From: Vampirovibrionaceae bacterium NZW_1234
GTDB taxonomy: Bacteria; Cyanobacteriota; Vampirovibrionia; Vampirovibrionales; JAGQHJ01
Direction of reading: 5' to 3'
Assembly (NCBI GenBank): GCA_041697335.1
Contig: JBGUGD010000018.1
Coordinates: 1 to 28,930 of the forward strand
DNA: 28,930 nucleotides
In this document: positions 11,788 to 20,206 of the stretch, in pieces
Layout of the letters: each line of letters begins with the position of its first letter
Position numbering within the stretch: the first letter of the stretch is position 1
Notes under the pieces: model-generated
The model's input: only the letters and a program-made list of their open reading frames with translations
The model's database searches: none
Told to the model about the DNA's origin: nothing
Position numbers and translations under genes: made by a program

Positions 11788-12150
11788 ATGCCAATGGATC
11801 TAGCCCCGGCTCGATGGAATGAGTGGTTTACGATGGGGATGTTGGTGTTCACCCTGGGAGCGCCGGTCTTCTTCCTGTTGTATTTCTTTCGCAAGCACAC
11901 GATGGACGATCCGGACTGCTCTAAATACAATGTTTTTACCACGGACCCTGGTACCAGGCCTGAGGAACACCCCAATATGCCTGCCAGTTGCCAGCCAAGC
12001 TATCTGCAAAGCCGTCCCTGGTGGAATTCGGTGAACACCACTTGGTTGTGGGTAAGTCTGGGGATTGGGGCAGTTTGGCTTGTGATTATGGTTGTGGCCT
12101 TCCTGTTGGCTCGGATGTCGCCGGAAATGCGTCAAGCCTTGCCCATGTAG
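11788..12150 (+). CDS. Small two-TM membrane protein with a CcoS/FixS-like N-terminal motif
   Basis: Two hydrophobic segments. FFLLYFFRKHTMDDPDCSKYNVF resembles the FixS-type F.W....GQFDD.E..KY..L pattern. GAGG upstream; follows copA. Confidence 0.55.
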   Translation: MPMDLAPARWNEWFTMGMLVFTLGAPVFFLLYFFRKHTMDDPDCSKYNVFTTDPGTRPEEHPNMPASCQPSYLQSRPWWNSVNTTWLWVSLGIGAVWLVIMVVAFLLARMSPEMRQALPM

Positions 12151-12168
12151 TCGCTCTCCAGCAGCTTA

Positions 12169-13320
12169 TTACTGGGCGTATAAAATCTTACGGACCTGCT
12201 CTTTGAGAATTTGATTAAAGGGCCGTGTTGCCCAGGCTTGGCCTTGGGCTTCCAACACATCGGTGTTGTGACCTGACTCGCGAAGGACTTCCTGATAGAC
12301 CTTCTGATACTCTTGCGGATCCCGATGCAGGAGCAACGCCATCCAGTAAAGTTTGCCTGCAGGAGAGGCATCGTCAAGGGCCCCCAAAATCTCTTCCTTA
12401 GGCAGGTGCTCCTGCTTCATACGCAGGTAGGCTCTGTAGGCAGGGTGCATGCTGTTGGGTCCTTTTTGCCATTCCGTGGGTTCCATGGCGTATTCGGCTG
12501 CTTTGAGGAGTTTGGTGCGGGCTTCTTCTGCACTTAAGGGCAAATAGGTTGGCCAGGAAAGGTAAAGTGGCCGATAGTGATAGTCGAAGCCTTCGTAGCC
12601 TTGTCGGTATTCTCGGAGGGTCACCATAATTAAGCCAAATTGTTCATTAATCAGTGTCTTAATGGGCGTAATTAAAGCAGTACCTTCGTCATAGGGTAGG
12701 TGAAAGGTTAGAAACGGAATGGGCTCTACTTCAGGGCGAAATGCAAAATCAAAGCCAACGGGCTTATAGACCACATGCTGACTGCCGCTTGGGGTTTCCA
12801 GCATTTCGGGCTGTACAAGGCTGTTGATGGCCACCTGCCAGCGATCATTGGGGGAGAGGGCAAAGGTATATTCCTGAAGTGTCGGATAATTTTCGGCCAG
12901 CTCCTCCAGTGTCCCTGTCAACAGTTGCCCGGCTTCGTTCTTGATGGCGGGTGGTGCAGGTGTTAGCTCCAGGGCTTTCCAGGGAACCACATGCAGTTCG
13001 TTCGCTTTGGTAACCTTTTGTTGCAGGGTTTTACACGCTTTTTCTCCGGCAGATTGAGACTCGGTAGGTTGGATTTGTTTCACGTCCAACGGCTCCCACT
13101 GGTCTTTGCCGTAAAGTCGGACTTCACAGAAAAAGAGCCCGCTGCCATCGCCAATCCAGCTTTCGACCACCCCAAGCTTATCGAGGTTGGTGGACACTCC
13201 GAGAATAGTCATATCGGTTTGCATAAGTGCGTGAACGGGAGTCGATAAGCCCAACAGCATGGCCAGTGCCGGAAGCCACAGGCCAAGTGCAAGCGGCCGC
13301 AAGGGGAGGGGGATGCGCAT
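12169..13320 (-). CDS. Exported hypothetical protein, DUF2259-like N-terminal region plus a helical C-terminal domain
   Basis: Signal peptide ending VHA. ILGVSTN....GVVESWIGDGSG.F and later GYEG.D resemble DUF2259 secreted proteins. AGAAGG precedes ATG 13320. Confidence 0.65.
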   Translation of the reverse strand: MRIPLPLRPLALGLWLPALAMLLGLSTPVHALMQTDMTILGVSTNLDKLGVVESWIGDGSGLFFCEVRLYGKDQWEPLDVKQIQPTESQSAGEKACKTLQQKVTKANELHVVPWKALELTPAPPAIKNEAGQLLTGTLEELAENYPTLQEYTFALSPNDRWQVAINSLVQPEMLETPSGSQHVVYKPVGFDFAFRPEVEPIPFLTFHLPYDEGTALITPIKTLINEQFGLIMVTLREYRQGYEGFDYHYRPLYLSWPTYLPLSAEEARTKLLKAAEYAMEPTEWQKGPNSMHPAYRAYLRMKQEHLPKEEILGALDDASPAGKLYWMALLLHRDPQEYQKVYQEVLRESGHNTDVLEAQGQAWATRPFNQILKEQVRKILYAQ

Positions 13321-13683
13321 GGGAAACACCTTCTAATTATCGTGGACGTTATAGGCTAATCATACGCAACTGTGATAAGCCTTGGCAAGGCATGGGCCTT
13401 TCTCACGTAATGAAGGTGTATACACGCGGTATGCTGGGAAATTTTACCCAGAGGAATTTAGGAACAATTCCTCATGCACGCCCCGGCTGGATTGGCTTTA
13501 ATAGGAGCATCTTCTGGAAGAGAACTTTCCAAGACACCGTGTTAGAAAACACAGAATTCCCCCCAACCAAACTTTGTGAAAGTTCTCTTCTTTTTTTCCT
13601 TTACCCGTTCCTTATTCCCTCCCCTTTGTTGTTAGAGAGTAAAAACACACTGACTGATTCGTGATATTTGACGTGAAGAGCAC

Positions 13684-13712
13684 TCCCTCGACTCCCTGAC
13701 GAGGGATTTTTT
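13684..13712 (+). terminator. Terminator-like hairpin in a divergent intergenic region
   Basis: TCCCTCG-N9-CGAGGGA followed by TTTTTT. Confidence 0.5.
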
Positions 13713-13848
13713 ATGTTTCGAAACAGAGGGATACCTCTCATAACTAGTCCATTGGCGGAGGTCGACCCCATAGATACGCGTTAAGCTATATCGGAATTGA
13801 ATAAGCCACACGACGCAAAGAGCAACGACAGAAGAGGTTGGCATAAAC

Positions 13849-14391
13849 ATGGCGAGGCGTTATAAGGAGGTGGCTCAGGTCTGCGGCCTGATGACCGGCC
13901 CGGATTTACTGTGGGAATTTTTGTCGAGCTTGGAATTGTTACGCTATGGCATTGATGAGGTTAGTGTTTTAATTGCCGAAGAGTCGTGGGAGCTAAAGTA
14001 TGCCGCAGTAGAGCCGCAAGATATTTTGGATGATGACGCTCCTGTTCTGTTGGCTTCGACCGTGTATGACAGTATTGACATGATGGATAGCCTGATGGCA
14101 TTTGAGCCGGGTATGTTGGTTTCAGGTCCCATTCTTGGTGTGATTGCCGGGGGAATTGTGGGCTCATACGCCAATAATTTTGTAGCTGCGCTATCCGGGT
14201 TGGGAATTCCTGAAGATTATGCCCATCAATACGAAGCCACGTTAAAGCAGACGGATGACTGCCTGTTGATTGTCCATGTGCTGGGAGGGGAGACCCATCG
14301 CTTGCCGAAGACGTATGGTTTATTTCAAACCAAAGGGTGTCCCAACACACAGATCTTCTCCCCGGCCACCACGCGTCGTTATTCGCGATAA
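13849..14391 (+). CDS. General stress protein-like (YflT/17M-related) hypothetical protein
   Basis: EVSVLI, Gly-rich PGMLVSGPILGVIAGGIVG and AALSGLGIPEDYAHQYE...LLIVHV are typical of this family. GAGG upstream. Confidence 0.7.
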   Translation: MARRYKEVAQVCGLMTGPDLLWEFLSSLELLRYGIDEVSVLIAEESWELKYAAVEPQDILDDDAPVLLASTVYDSIDMMDSLMAFEPGMLVSGPILGVIAGGIVGSYANNFVAALSGLGIPEDYAHQYEATLKQTDDCLLIVHVLGGETHRLPKTYGLFQTKGCPNTQIFSPATTRRYSR

Positions 14392-14408
14392 CCTCATCCT
14401 CTGCAACT

Positions 14409-15158
14409 TTAGTCGATCGGAAAATCAAAATACGTACTGGGGAAGGGCTCGTTCTCTAAGGTGTAATGCCACCACTCCTGAGGCAGATTTTTAAACCCAT
14501 GGTGTTGCATTATGGTTTTCAGCAAAGCCCGGTTGGCTTTGATTATGGGAGGGAGTTCCGTGGTATCGGTATGGGCCAGGGGATCAAAGCAATCAAAGGA
14601 CGTCCCCATGTCCAGGCTGTTGTCGGGAATAGGATAATGGCGGCTCCGGCAATCCCGAGGCACGGTTTCGGAAGGATCTGGGAGAAAGGGCTTTGGATAG
14701 GGTACCAGGGTTAGATCGATCGTACTGCCGCGACTGTGCCCGGAACGTTCGGCAATATAGCCTTCCTTGAACAAATCACCTTTGGCGACTCGGGGATAGA
14801 ACCCTGCCAATCCTGTTGTGTCGGAAGCCGCCCAGGCAACAAAGTCCAGAACGGCGCGTTTTGGACGGTAACAGTCATACACTTTCAAACCTAATCCAAG
14901 ACTTTGCAATTCCTGTTGGGCATCTGCCAGGGCTTGGGCTGCAGGTCGAGTGAGAATACAAATGGGACGAGTATAGCCCTCAATGGGGCGACCCACAAAA
15001 TTATGTGCCGAGCTATAGCGCATGTCGATGAGAATAGATGGTGCAATTGACTCCAGATTGACGAATTCCGGCGGCCGCTGTGCCTTGGCAGCAAGAGGTG
15101 CGAGCAGCAAAATCAGAATAAACATACTGATGAAGCGCGGCATCTGTGAGGTTCGCAT
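14409..15158 (-). CDS. ddpX: D-Ala-D-Ala dipeptidase (M15D, VanX/DdpX family) with signal peptide
   Basis: YDCYRP, SGHSRGSTIDLT (SxHxxGxxxD), DMGTSFD, EWWHY; N-terminal MPRFISMFILILLLAPLAAKA. Confidence 0.92.
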   Translation of the reverse strand: MRTSQMPRFISMFILILLLAPLAAKAQRPPEFVNLESIAPSILIDMRYSSAHNFVGRPIEGYTRPICILTRPAAQALADAQQELQSLGLGLKVYDCYRPKRAVLDFVAWAASDTTGLAGFYPRVAKGDLFKEGYIAERSGHSRGSTIDLTLVPYPKPFLPDPSETVPRDCRSRHYPIPDNSLDMGTSFDCFDPLAHTDTTELPPIIKANRALLKTIMQHHGFKNLPQEWWHYTLENEPFPSTYFDFPID

Positions 15159-15231
15159 GACACCTTATTTCATTTCACACGAAGTACATGTCACAAAAAG
15201 TAACGTCGATGCCATTTTACACGAGAATCAG

Positions 15232-15259
15232 TTGACTTTAGGACATTGAATTCCATAAT
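15232..15259 (+). promoter_or_regulatory. Putative sigma70-type promoter for the histidine kinase
   Basis: TTGACT-N16-CATAAT in the AT-rich divergent intergenic region. Confidence 0.4.
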
Positions 15260-15393
15260 AATGAAATGTTGCGTAATATTTCAAAACCGTCCAATAAATA
15301 TAGCCCATGTGGGTAGTAAATTCAGAAACGCGTTTATGACATAGACTATGTACATCGGGTGTTGCCTGGACGTCATTTGGACACATTTATTGC

Positions 15394-17592
15394 ATGATTG
15401 CGGATACTGGTATTAGTAGTGATCAGACAGTCGATCGGTCTTGGGTCCCTTCGGAGTCTACTGCTCTTGGGCAGACTCCGGTACCTGTGAATCCCTCACT
15501 GTTGGCAAAGGCTTCCGGGTTCCCGTCCCTGGAAGGATTGACGCAAAGTACATTGCATCAATATCGTACCGTGATTGATGCCGTCCCGGCATTGATCTTT
15601 TTTAAGGATGCCCATAACCGTATTATCACAGCAAATCGCGCAGCTGCGACGTCATTGGGCTTGACTGTAGAGACCATGCAAGGGGTATCGACATATGATT
15701 TATACCCGGACGAAGCGGCACGTTATCATCAGGATGATTTGGACGTGATCTGCAGTGGAAAACCCAAGTATGGGATTGTTGAGCCCTATCGGGACAAGAC
15801 AGGCCAAAAGCATTGGATGAAAACAGATAAAGTTCCCTACTCTGATGAGCAGGGCAATATTGTGGGAGTTGTGGTTTTTAGCGTTGATCTGACGGATACG
15901 ATAGAAGCCAAAGAGATCATTGAGCAGAGTGAAGCCAAGTATCGCCAGATTGTTGAAACGGCCATGGAGGGAATTGTCGTCCTGGATAAAACCCATCGAC
16001 TCACTTTTGTGAACCAGCGTTTTGCCGAGATGACGGGCTACGAAGTGCATGAGCTTCTGGGACGAAGCATGGTTGAATTGACGATATCCTGCCAAACAAG
16101 TCAGATTGAAACAGCCTTAAGTCGTCGCCGACGTGGGTTAAAAGAGATCTATGAAACTCAATTGCTCCGCAAAGACGGTCAACCCCTCTGGGTGATGATA
16201 GCGGCGAATCCTTTGGGGAATAGTGAGGGCAACTATCAAGGGTGCCTGAAAATGATTACCGATATTACCGAACGAAAGCGGATGGAAGAGTCGATTCAGG
16301 AAACCTTGGCCAGAGAAAAAGTGATTCGCCATATCGTAGAATTAATTTCTCATTCTTTTGATGTGCACACCATTTTGAGCCAGATGGCGCACGAAATCGG
16401 TACCTATTTTAAAGCCGATCGGTGTGTTATTCTTCGGTATTGCCGAGACGGTGAGGATACGACCATCGACGTTTCGAGTCAGTATCGAAGTTCTGAGCAG
16501 TTACCCCTGATCCCCAATTCCGATGTGCCCAATGTGGTTAAGCCTTTGTGTCCGCCGGGTTTAACGGAAACATTCTCATCTGTCTATCTGAATGAGAGCA
16601 ATATGGCTCGTATGACCGAGAATGATCCTACCGGGGTCTGGCGACACTTTTGCGAGAAATACCGTATCCAGTCGGCGTTGGTGTTGGAGATTTTTTATCG
16701 TGGTCAACTCTACGGTAAAATTGCCTTGCATCAGTGTTTTTCCCAGCGCCAGTGGCAGGACTCGGAAGTCCAATTTTTACAGGATATTGCCGTCCATGTC
16801 GCCAATGCCTTGTTTCAGGCTGAAAGTTATCAGGCCGAACAGGAAGACAAGCATCGGATTGAAGTGGAAAATGAGCGAAAGCGAACGTTTATTTCCAACC
16901 TGTCGCATGAGTTTAAAACACCGCTTCACGCTATTTTAGGATTTTCCCAGATTCTACAGGAGCAGGAAAGCCAGAATTTAACGAGCAAACAGAATAAATA
17001 CCTGACTAACATCATGTTGAGTGCCGAGCATATGTTACGCATGGTGCAGGATTTGCTGGATATTTCACGGATTGAAGCCGGACGCATCGAGCTTTATCGC
17101 GAGTACATTTATTTGGATATGATGAGCCAAGAAATCGCCAACTTGTTCGATCAAATGGCACGTTGCCATTCGGTCAGCCTGAACTTTCAGGTTCCCCCCG
17201 ACATGCCTCCCATTTATGCGGATCCGAATCGGTTCAGACAAATTCTGTTTAATCTTCTAAGCAATGCCATTAAATATAACAAACCCGGTGGCTCCGTGAA
17301 TGTTAGTTTTGCGCAATCCGAGGCTGGCATCCTGGTTGCCGAAATTGAGGACACGGGTATTGGTATTCCCAAAAACCGGCAACAAGAATTATTCACCGAG
17401 TTCTGTCATTTGGCCACAGAGGCCAGAAGCCCTGAATCCACTGGATTAGGGCTGGCGCTTACCAAAAAGTTGATCGAGCTTCAAGGCGGCAGTATTCACA
17501 TTACCAGTACAGAGGGCATCGGTACACGGGTGAGTTTTACGTTACCCTGTGCAGGGCCGTTGCAATCCGGCGAGGTGAAGAAAACCGTTTAA
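15394..17592 (+). CDS. PAS-PAS-GAF sensor histidine kinase
   Basis: Two PAS/PAC domains (ending SVDLT and DITERK), a GAF domain (ADRC...IALHQC...RQW), H-box SHEFKTPL, N-box NLLSNAIKY, G1 DTGIGIP, G2 GLGL. Confidence 0.93.
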   Translation: MIADTGISSDQTVDRSWVPSESTALGQTPVPVNPSLLAKASGFPSLEGLTQSTLHQYRTVIDAVPALIFFKDAHNRIITANRAAATSLGLTVETMQGVSTYDLYPDEAARYHQDDLDVICSGKPKYGIVEPYRDKTGQKHWMKTDKVPYSDEQGNIVGVVVFSVDLTDTIEAKEIIEQSEAKYRQIVETAMEGIVVLDKTHRLTFVNQRFAEMTGYEVHELLGRSMVELTISCQTSQIETALSRRRRGLKEIYETQLLRKDGQPLWVMIAANPLGNSEGNYQGCLKMITDITERKRMEESIQETLAREKVIRHIVELISHSFDVHTILSQMAHEIGTYFKADRCVILRYCRDGEDTTIDVSSQYRSSEQLPLIPNSDVPNVVKPLCPPGLTETFSSVYLNESNMARMTENDPTGVWRHFCEKYRIQSALVLEIFYRGQLYGKIALHQCFSQRQWQDSEVQFLQDIAVHVANALFQAESYQAEQEDKHRIEVENERKRTFISNLSHEFKTPLHAILGFSQILQEQESQNLTSKQNKYLTNIMLSAEHMLRMVQDLLDISRIEAGRIELYREYIYLDMMSQEIANLFDQMARCHSVSLNFQVPPDMPPIYADPNRFRQILFNLLSNAIKYNKPGGSVNVSFAQSEAGILVAEIEDTGIGIPKNRQQELFTEFCHLATEARSPESTGLGLALTKKLIELQGGSIHITSTEGIGTRVSFTLPCAGPLQSGEVKKTV

Positions 17593-17614
17593 GCCGTGCT
17601 TAATGTTAAAGGGC

Positions 17615-18007
17615 TTACTCTGCGGTTCGAGGGTTTTTAAGGGCCTTCATTTTCTGGGCAATAATATCCTGAATCCGAGAACCTTGTGGAATCCCTTTTT
17701 TACCGGATGACCCGTTACTACCGGAGGACTTATTCAAGCCCAAGCCACCCAGGATTTGACGAAATGCATCATTGCGCTTGTTATAGTTCCGGCTCATTTG
17801 CGAGAAGTCCATATTTCTGTTCTGTGGACTTGAGGGCGCGCTATAAGCGGATGGATTAAATCCAATCGTGTTAGTTGCCGAATCAGGTGAATCCAGGTTA
17901 AACGGCGTTGCGATTATGCTTGATGGGATAAAGCTTCCGATGCCAGGCCCTCCCAAAGGGAAAGGTGCTCCAGGTGGCGATGAACGAGCCACATCAACAA
18001 ATACCAT
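17615..18007 (-). CDS. Hypothetical low-complexity (P/G/S/N-rich) protein
   Basis: ORF fills the gap after the kinase. GGAGG lies 8 nt upstream of ATG 18007. Basic, helical-looking C-terminus. Confidence 0.6.
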   Translation of the reverse strand: MVFVDVARSSPPGAPFPLGGPGIGSFIPSSIIATPFNLDSPDSATNTIGFNPSAYSAPSSPQNRNMDFSQMSRNYNKRNDAFRQILGGLGLNKSSGSNGSSGKKGIPQGSRIQDIIAQKMKALKNPRTAE

Positions 18008-18335
18008 GTTACCAGCCTCCAATGTCCACGTAAGATGATTTTGTACCTATAACCCAATATGTCTGTATGGGCATAAAAACAATATTTTTCTGTCTGTGAA
18101 TAGTTTGTTAATGATTCGCAATATATGGCCGCAACGCGGGTCGTATATCTGGGGGATTTTATGAACGCAGGCACCAATGGCTCACCAAAACGGTCGATGA
18201 TCGCATTAATGAAGAATCGTTCGTTGATGCCGTTGAAAGCGAATCTTGTATTTTTCAGAATTCGATTACCCTGAACTATAATACGCCCCATGCCGGGCTA
18301 CGGACCCGCCGGCAGCCATAAGGAAGACGTTCGCA

Positions 18336-19202
18336 ATGCAGTACAAATGGGAACCTATGGTGAGCTTGAAATCCCTCGGCAAATGCACCGACGAGGGTAA
18401 GGCGGAATTGTATGAAGCCTGGGAGCAAATGCGTGACTTAACGGTTTCGAGCCCTTCTATTGCAGGCAGTGGTATGCAGAAACCCGGCGGGTTTTGGTTC
18501 AAGTTGTCTCAAATGCTTAGTGGAACCGGCTTCTTACCGGCCCTGGGGAATCATTCAATTCAGATACCGGGAACCTCCTATGCGGATCCCATCTCGGGCG
18601 GGACGGGTTTGGCACCAGGCGGACAAGCTCCGTTTGGTTTAGGGCCGTTTTCGCAGTTTAGCGGTTTTCCGACGGGAGGGGCCGCTGGATTGGATACGTC
18701 CTCCATCTTCGCGAGTATGGGAATCGGAAATGCCGGCCTGGGTGTTCTTGGCATTGGCGATCCGGCTTATCCGATGGCTTTTGGCACTATTGGCGGGGCT
18801 GCTGCACCCATGGGAACGGGGACCTCATTGGGCGATCCGGGGCAGGCGCCATCATCTTTAGTGGGGGCATCAGGTTTTGGCCGAAACAAGATATTACCGG
18901 CCATGGGAATTTTGAGTGGCATTGGCAGTATTATGACGAACGTGGCTCCCTTGATGGGGACCTTCGGGATGGCTGGACTCGCAACAGGAGCTGTCCTTCA
19001 GGGCTTGACAGCACCGGTTCTGGCTAAATACGAAAAGGCCAGCAATCGCCTGGTTGTGAGCGCCGATATGGTCCTAGGAACCAAGATTCGCAACATCGAA
19101 ACCGTTGTGAAGCAGATGGAAGCCCAGGAAGATATTATTAAAAAGCTTCTAAAAGAACAGAACGAGACCAATTCCAAAGCTCTACAGGATTTAGGCGGCT
19201 AA
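18336..19202 (+). CDS. Hypothetical Gly-rich protein with a hydrophobic helical segment and C-terminal coiled coil
   Basis: 288-aa ORF: G/A/P/F-rich core, ILPAMGILSGIGSIM...GMAGLATGAVLQGL segment, heptad-like IRNIETVVKQMEAQEDIIKKLLKEQ. Start codon uncertain. Confidence 0.7.
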   Translation: MQYKWEPMVSLKSLGKCTDEGKAELYEAWEQMRDLTVSSPSIAGSGMQKPGGFWFKLSQMLSGTGFLPALGNHSIQIPGTSYADPISGGTGLAPGGQAPFGLGPFSQFSGFPTGGAAGLDTSSIFASMGIGNAGLGVLGIGDPAYPMAFGTIGGAAAPMGTGTSLGDPGQAPSSLVGASGFGRNKILPAMGILSGIGSIMTNVAPLMGTFGMAGLATGAVLQGLTAPVLAKYEKASNRLVVSADMVLGTKIRNIETVVKQMEAQEDIIKKLLKEQNETNSKALQDLGG

Positions 19203-19216
19203 AACGCTGGCATTTC

Positions 19217-20053
19217 CTAAAATGCGCTGAAGGGGTTGAAGCCGGGATTGGCACCCATGCCCCATCCTTGAGCAGCACCTTGCATGGCGTTGGCCATCAT
19301 TGGGCCAAACTGGCCGGAGAAGAATGCTTCAGGCGATGGTGTGGGCATATAAGGCATCATGGGAGCTGCATAGGGGGAGGCATCATTCATTTCGAAAGGT
19401 ACGCCGTTAAAGGATCCCATCGCATTTCTGGATTGGTAGTTGTATCCCCATGAAACCCCGTTCGGGCCTTCTTGAACCCAAGGGCCGTTCATCGCAGGTG
19501 CAGCCGACGTTGCCATCTGACCAAACGGATTGAAAGGTGATCCACCGTAGGAAGCCCGAGGTGCGCCAAAAGAGGGGCCTAAGCCACCGGCATACATATC
19601 CATCGGAGATTGCTGGTTGAAGGCAGGCGGCATCATTCTGGGTGCTGCAGCCTGGAAGGGATTCAGCTCTTGAAATGGATTCATGGGGTTGTTTTGGAAG
19701 GGATCAAAATTACCTGAGAATGCGGGGCCTTGGAATGCGCCAAAACGGCGAGCAAGGGAACCCTGAACAGTAGCCCCGATACTTTGCGCCATCGGTCCAT
19801 TACCAGGGAAAAGCGCTTCAAGTGGGACACCTGCGATATGGCCGCTAGCACCCAACATGCTTTGGTAGGGATTCGTGGGCTCGGCCAATCCAGCTGTGAC
19901 CAGGGCATCTTGTAAGTCGGCATTGCTGTAGCCGGTAATGGCTTCTGATTGTGCAAATCTCTGGAAAGATGCAGGATCGGGTATATTAGCCAGTGTGGCA
20001 TTGAACATGTTGCTGGGAGCACCCATTGCCATTGGCGGTCTTAAACCCATCAT
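19217..20053 (-). CDS. Hypothetical prion-like low-complexity protein (M/P/G/A/F/N/Q-rich) with NPF motifs
   Basis: 278 aa from ATG 20053 (AAAGG upstream). No Lys or Cys. Four NPF and one DPF tripeptides. Confidence 0.7.
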   Translation of the reverse strand: MMGLRPPMAMGAPSNMFNATLANIPDPASFQRFAQSEAITGYSNADLQDALVTAGLAEPTNPYQSMLGASGHIAGVPLEALFPGNGPMAQSIGATVQGSLARRFGAFQGPAFSGNFDPFQNNPMNPFQELNPFQAAAPRMMPPAFNQQSPMDMYAGGLGPSFGAPRASYGGSPFNPFGQMATSAAPAMNGPWVQEGPNGVSWGYNYQSRNAMGSFNGVPFEMNDASPYAAPMMPYMPTPSPEAFFSGQFGPMMANAMQGAAQGWGMGANPGFNPFSAF

Positions 20054-20206
20054 AGAACACACACCTTTCACATTTTTGAGGAACACACACTATATCTTAT
20101 TTAAATAAAAACAATATCTTCTTTGAAATTGCGTTTTGGAGATGCCGATGTAACAAAAGCGATACACTGGCTAAAACCGTGGCCGGGCGTGTAAGTTTAT
20201 GCACGC

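Noticed and set aside
16360..16830. GAF domain as a cyanobacteriochrome
   Set aside because: Cys residues are present, but the bilin-binding CH and DxCF motifs are not seen at the expected positions.
18115..18400. Open frames upstream of and overlapping the 18336 start, hinting at a frameshifted longer gene
   Set aside because: The frames are short, one lacks a standard start codon, and there is no slippery site or homology evidence. Unresolved without a search.
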